Source: an uncultured Candidatus Binatia bacterium
GTDB lineage: Bacteria; Desulfobacterota; Binatia; Bin18
Direction: 5' to 3'
Assembly (NCBI GenBank): GCA_965200965.1
Contig: OZ241744.1
Location: forward strand, 2,240,001 to 2,304,000
Length of the DNA stretch: 64,000 bases
Shown: one piece after another, positions 59,644-64,000 of the stretch
Position numbering within the stretch: the stretch's first letter is position 1
Layout: each line of letters begins with the position of its first letter
Notes under the pieces: model-generated
What the model was told of the DNA's origin: nothing
Databases searched by the model: none
The model's input: only the letters and a program-made list of their open reading frames with translations
Position numbers and translations under genes: made by a program

Positions 59644-60362
59644 TAACACGGCTTACCGATCTGGTGATACGAAAACTGCTCGAGGCGAAGCGAGGACTGC
59701 GGTTCCTGATCTATAAGACATCCGAAGCCGATGTTATGAAAAGGTTTCATATGACGTACTATCACCAGGGGAGAGAACGCGGTCTTACTTGGAAAAAAAC
59801 CTGCTGGCTGGGTACACAGGTCCTGAAGTGTCCCTTTGATCTCTGGATATATCAAGAGATTATTCATAGAATCAAACCCGACCTTATCATCGAGACCGGC
59901 ACCTTCAAAGGAGGCTCGGCCTTGTTTATGGCTTCTATCTGTGATATCTGCGGTACAGGGCAGATAGTATCAATTGACATAAAGCCCGCTTATGAAAGAC
60001 CCAATCACGAACGGATAACATACCTAACAGGCTCCTCAACTTCTGAGTCCATCGTCACTACTGTGAAGGAGTTGGCACGAGATGCAAAAACCGTTATGGT
60101 TCTGTTGGACTCTGCCCACGAAAAGAACCATGTACTCAACGAGCTTCAGGTCTACGCTCCACTGGTAACATTGAACAGTTATCTTATAGTTGAGGATACC
60201 CATTTAAACGGCAATCCAATCCGCTCGGATTTCGGCGACGGTCCAATGGAAGCGGTTACAGAGTTTCTCCAAACCAATTCGTCTTTCAGAAAGGATCCCA
60301 TTGACCGAAAATTCCTCCTGACCTTCCATCCAGGTGGATATCTGGTTCGTGTGAAAGGATAG
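59640..60362 (+). CDS. CmcI (cephalosporin hydroxylase)-family methyltransferase
   Basis: KCPFDLWIYQEII, IETGTFKGGSA, LDSAH, YLIVEDT. Confidence 0.85.
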   Translation: MITRLTDLVIRKLLEAKRGLRFLIYKTSEADVMKRFHMTYYHQGRERGLTWKKTCWLGTQVLKCPFDLWIYQEIIHRIKPDLIIETGTFKGGSALFMASICDICGTGQIVSIDIKPAYERPNHERITYLTGSSTSESIVTTVKELARDAKTVMVLLDSAHEKNHVLNELQVYAPLVTLNSYLIVEDTHLNGNPIRSDFGDGPMEAVTEFLQTNSSFRKDPIDRKFLLTFHPGGYLVRVKG

Positions 60363-60364
60363 AT

Positions 60365-61468
60365 ATGCTCCGTTTTCTGAACCGGATTCTGTCGAAAAAA
60401 CCAGAGGAGGCCCGAGTCGAGATACCAGTACAAATAGCCGTCATCGGCTTAGGTGCCATGGGACAACGGAATTTGAGACATATCAAGAAGTCTCACAATT
60501 TCCGTTTAGTCGGTGTTCAGGACCTGAGAAGAGAGGTTGCGGAAACAATCGCACGAAGCTCCAGAGTCAAAGCCTATGATGATATTGACTCCTGTTTAGA
60601 CGACTCAGAGAGTGAAGCGATATTCGTATGTACCCCACATCACCTTTTGGCTGACATGGGGCTGAAAGTTTTAGAATCTGGTAAGCATTTGCTTATAGAA
60701 AAACCAATGGCCATGAATACACGATCAGCGGATACATTGATTGAATCAAGCAGGGAACGGGATCTCTTGATATCGGTAAATTACTCGAGGGTCTTTACCG
60801 ATGCCCTTCGTTCAGCCAGGCATTTAATCGAGTCAGGGGCTGTGGGGAATTTGATAGGTGTGGAAACGAGGTGGAATGGGTATAAATCCATCGGTTATTA
60901 CTATGGATCACGCAGCCCGGTGCCTGACGACTGGCGTCTCAATAAAAGCAAATCAGGTGGAGGTATGCTGATGATGACCACTTGCCACGCCTTACACTAT
61001 GTACCACATATTACTGGTGCCAGAGCTGAAACAGCATCTGCTCTGATTCCCTCCTATTCTCCGTTCCTGACGGACATCGAGGATACAGTACAGGGGATAC
61101 TGAAGTTCGAAGATGGTGCGGTCTGGACAATTTTGACTTCAAGCAGTCAGAGAGGAACACAGATAAATGACACCACGATTTGGGGGGGCAACGGAACAAT
61201 CGTAGTGAATAATGATCGAGTTCGATATTATTCAACGCGAATTATAAATGGTAAAAGGCCAGGTATCTGGCATGTCAACAAGACCCCTGATTCTGAGATT
61301 TATTTTGACCGTTGGTTGGACAACACCGCGCTTGCCATCAGACAAGGCAGACCTTTGGAAATAAGTCCAGAAAGCGCTCGAGAGACTCTGGCTGTCATTG
61401 AAGCACTCTATCGTAGTGCTGGATCGAGGTCTCTGGTCACGGTTGGCAGAACGAGTACAGACATATGA
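60365..61468 (+). CDS. Gfo/Idh/MocA family oxidoreductase
   Basis: IGLGAMG, CTPHHL, IEKPM, SGGGML. Confidence 0.85.
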   Translation: MLRFLNRILSKKPEEARVEIPVQIAVIGLGAMGQRNLRHIKKSHNFRLVGVQDLRREVAETIARSSRVKAYDDIDSCLDDSESEAIFVCTPHHLLADMGLKVLESGKHLLIEKPMAMNTRSADTLIESSRERDLLISVNYSRVFTDALRSARHLIESGAVGNLIGVETRWNGYKSIGYYYGSRSPVPDDWRLNKSKSGGGMLMMTTCHALHYVPHITGARAETASALIPSYSPFLTDIEDTVQGILKFEDGAVWTILTSSSQRGTQINDTTIWGGNGTIVVNNDRVRYYSTRIINGKRPGIWHVNKTPDSEIYFDRWLDNTALAIRQGRPLEISPESARETLAVIEALYRSAGSRSLVTVGRTSTDI

Positions 61469-62118
61469 AGGAACATAATTCCTTAGTCGAATCAATTAAT
61501 TTGAGTGGAATCTCATCTTCTTTCAGCAAAGAAATTATTCGGATATCGTTGTGGAATAACGGATTCTCCGGTGAGTTTTTTGTGAACTTTGATTGTGGAG
61601 AGAGCGAATTGTCCAGGATACAGCCTCCTCCAGGCTATGAGAGTACACTGTGGGGGGTCTACTTGATTGCAATGCATTTGGCTGACCAGGCTCAACTGAA
61701 TCTGGGCTACTCTGTTGCGGTCGAGGGATCCCATCTGATCGATGATGCGATCAGGACTCTCTTGAGTTGTCAAAAGAGTATCAGGATAGTGTCTTCAGGA
61801 AGAGAAAACGGACTATCTGTAGATACATTTATTGGGTGTTCGCTCCCTGCTTTGGCGAGGGTACTACCGACAATGTCCAGGTATGGAATGATATTCTTAC
61901 CATGCAGTAATTTTTCTGACGCTCAAAATCTCAATATCTATTCTACCATTCATCGAAATGGCCTTAGAGTATACGCCGCGAAGCTTGGATATAACATGAT
62001 ACACCAGCTCCCCAAATTGAATCAAAGACTCCAGAGACTGATGACGAGATGTGGGCATCTGTCTATCGTATTTCAGAAACAGAGATCAAACCCTGAAACG
62101 AGGTGGCATCTTGAGTAG
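61465..62118 (+). CDS. Hypothetical protein
   Basis: ATGA-coupled within the operon. Confidence 0.55.
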   Translation: MKEHNSLVESINLSGISSSFSKEIIRISLWNNGFSGEFFVNFDCGESELSRIQPPPGYESTLWGVYLIAMHLADQAQLNLGYSVAVEGSHLIDDAIRTLLSCQKSIRIVSSGRENGLSVDTFIGCSLPALARVLPTMSRYGMIFLPCSNFSDAQNLNIYSTIHRNGLRVYAAKLGYNMIHQLPKLNQRLQRLMTRCGHLSIVFQKQRSNPETRWHLE

Positions 62119-63043
62119 CGAAAAGATCGAAATCAACCTCATTTTGGGAAACCATATTACCAACATCGGTAATGCCTTTCTTGATATGGGCTCAGAGATG
62201 TCACTATCTCTAGCATATCCGAATGCAGCAATTCGTAAGTCCTCTTCTTTTCCTGTATGGTTTGGAGATCAACGCAAAAACAGAAGGTACCTCAAACACG
62301 ATCTCTTTACTCTTGCAGATAAAATACCATGCAGCTTTGCAGTCTTTTCTGGAATGGTAGTAACAGAGAGATTTATCAGGCGTTATGGTACCCTGATACG
62401 GTTGCTGAGAAAACGCGGGGCAAGAATCATACTAAACGGAGCGGGTCCAGTATTTTATTCCAGCGGTGAGGCAGCGGAAGTAATTGCTTTTTGGCGCAGA
62501 TACGGTCTCTATGGTCTCGTATCCAGGGACAGATATACATTCGAAACGTACAAGAACATGGCTGAACATGCCTACGATGGTATTGATTGCGGATTTTTCT
62601 TGAGTGACGCTTTTATTCCGGTAGTTTTGGATGTAGAATCATTCAATATATTAACTTTTGACAGCATGCGTGAACCAGATGCTCTTGGGTCGCGGATGGC
62701 CGTGCGTCCTCATCATAAACTGTACCCTCCTCCTGATAAGAGGACCCTTCGGAGTATGAACAAGAAAAATTGGCTCTTCTCCGAGCAGGTATCAGATATT
62801 CTCAACGTGTACGCTAACGCCAAGGAAGTCTACTCAGACCGAGTCCATGCATGTGTAGCCGCTGCTTCATTCGGTAAGCCCTTCCAACTTTATTCGGATT
62901 CGAAAAGGGCACTTCTTTTTGAGAGACTCGGCGTTTCCCTGAAAGAATTGCGCCACCATTTGGTAAAAGTAGATGAGGAGAGACTTCAAAAAGAAAAAGA
63001 TGATCAGGTAGGATACCTTAAAAGCATACTGATTACACAATGA
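62111..63043 (+). CDS. Polysaccharide pyruvyl transferase family protein
   Basis: NIGNAF, SRDRYT, DCGF, SDRVHA..AA.FGKP. Confidence 0.75.
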   Translation: MSSEKIEINLILGNHITNIGNAFLDMGSEMSLSLAYPNAAIRKSSSFPVWFGDQRKNRRYLKHDLFTLADKIPCSFAVFSGMVVTERFIRRYGTLIRLLRKRGARIILNGAGPVFYSSGEAAEVIAFWRRYGLYGLVSRDRYTFETYKNMAEHAYDGIDCGFFLSDAFIPVVLDVESFNILTFDSMREPDALGSRMAVRPHHKLYPPPDKRTLRSMNKKNWLFSEQVSDILNVYANAKEVYSDRVHACVAAASFGKPFQLYSDSKRALLFERLGVSLKELRHHLVKVDEERLQKEKDDQVGYLKSILITQ

Positions 63044-63063
63044 TATCTCGAATGAGGTGAGTG

Positions 63064-64000
63064 ATGCGATTTGAACAATTTCTCAAAGTGCTGGGACGCC
63101 AGTTCCCTGAGCGGTATCATGCCAACCTGCGAAGAACATATGAAATACAGAGAGAAGTCATACAATCACTGATGATTCACCGTATGCCACGCATGGGGTG
63201 CCGGGTAGTTTTTAGAGATTATGAAATAGCGGACCTGGAAAGATATCTTTGTCGAGGTCCGGGCCCTGATGAGATCATGGTCAAGGTCCTCTTCTCAGCT
63301 ATAAGCGTAGGGACCGAAAGAGCCGTTCTCCTCGGTTTACCTAATGCTACTCGAGCAATGCCTTTCTATCCTGGCTATTCGGGATGCGGAATAGTGATTG
63401 CAACAGGGAAAAAGGTACATGAAATTCAACCAGGAGATTTGATTGCCGGACGGCTGAGCCACAACTCATATACTGTGGTGAGTCCTTCTCAACTCGTCTC
63501 CTTCAAAGGCGACCAGTTCTCTCCTGCAATGTCCCTCATTGAACTGGGATGCATTGTGCAACAGGCAATGCGCAAATCACAGACTCAGTTGGGCGAACAT
63601 GTGGCAATTGTGGGCACTGGCTTACTGGGGCAGATGGCTGCGATTTATGCCCATCATCTGGGAGCCGGTCGCATAACCTTGATAGGCAGAAGTGAGCGTA
63701 GGAGAACCAGAACAGACGATCTGCCAGTGGAACATGATTATGTCACAGCAGCTGACGTTGATGCCACCGACGAGATTAAGAAATTAGGAGCGGACGTTGT
63801 GATTGAGGCTGCCGGAACTGCCCCTGCGTTGATTGTCGCCATTGAGGCTGCTGGACGGGAGGGCAGAATCGTAAATCTTGGGAGCACCAGGGATTATATC
63901 AATGCTGCTGACTTTGTAAGTCACCTGACTCGGAAGAGTGCATTCCTGATCGGAGCACACATTTCGACAATCGACAATATGAAAAGCTCACCTGATGCAT
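63064..64000 (+). CDS. Zn-binding alcohol dehydrogenase family protein, truncated by the window edge (not in ORF track)
   Basis: PGPDEIMVKVLFSAISVGTE, YPGYSGCG, VAIVGTGLLG, VVIEAAG. Confidence 0.8.
   Translation, partial: MRFEQFLKVLGRQFPERYHANLRRTYEIQREVIQSLMIHRMPRMGCRVVFRDYEIADLERYLCRGPGPDEIMVKVLFSAISVGTERAVLLGLPNATRAMPFYPGYSGCGIVIATGKKVHEIQPGDLIAGRLSHNSYTVVSPSQLVSFKGDQFSPAMSLIELGCIVQQAMRKSQTQLGEHVAIVGTGLLGQMAAIYAHHLGAGRITLIGRSERRRTRTDDLPVEHDYVTAADVDATDEIKKLGADVVIEAAGTAPALIVAIEAAGREGRIVNLGSTRDYINAADFVSHLTRKSAFLIGAHISTIDNMKSSPDA

Noticed and set aside
1-64000. Integron, prophage, IS or tRNA-anchored island explaining the cassettes
   Set aside because: No integrase, transposase, attC-like repeats, tRNA or phage structural genes recognised by eye

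Overview
GC-rich bacterial chromosome segment (rpoZ, rpoH, mutS2, miaB, Moco genes) in which housekeeping and catabolic genes alternate with three defence-rich accessory blocks (1-4 kb, 8.6-15.3 kb, 23.3-34 kb). It ends in a lower-GC nonulosonic-acid polysaccharide locus (54.4-64 kb). I saw no rRNA, tRNA, CRISPR array, integrase or transposase. Highlights: (1) two three-gene operons that each combine a toxin-like gene, a partner with a long tail overlapping the next gene, and a DUF3467-like small protein, which may be a new toxin-antitoxin-chaperone type; (2) a two-gene module (small protein ending GYxxRxLWxW plus a coiled-coil protein with a C-terminal TM helix) present once intact and once decayed; (3) a probable selenocysteine ArsC that the ORF track misses; (4) defence cargo stacked between 370-410 bp direct repeats of flanking genes, with no recombinase visible; (5) a G9 frameshift in a Dam-like methylase; (6) a structured leader RNA ahead of a truncated NYN RNase. 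All family calls are from motif recognition by eye, without database searches.
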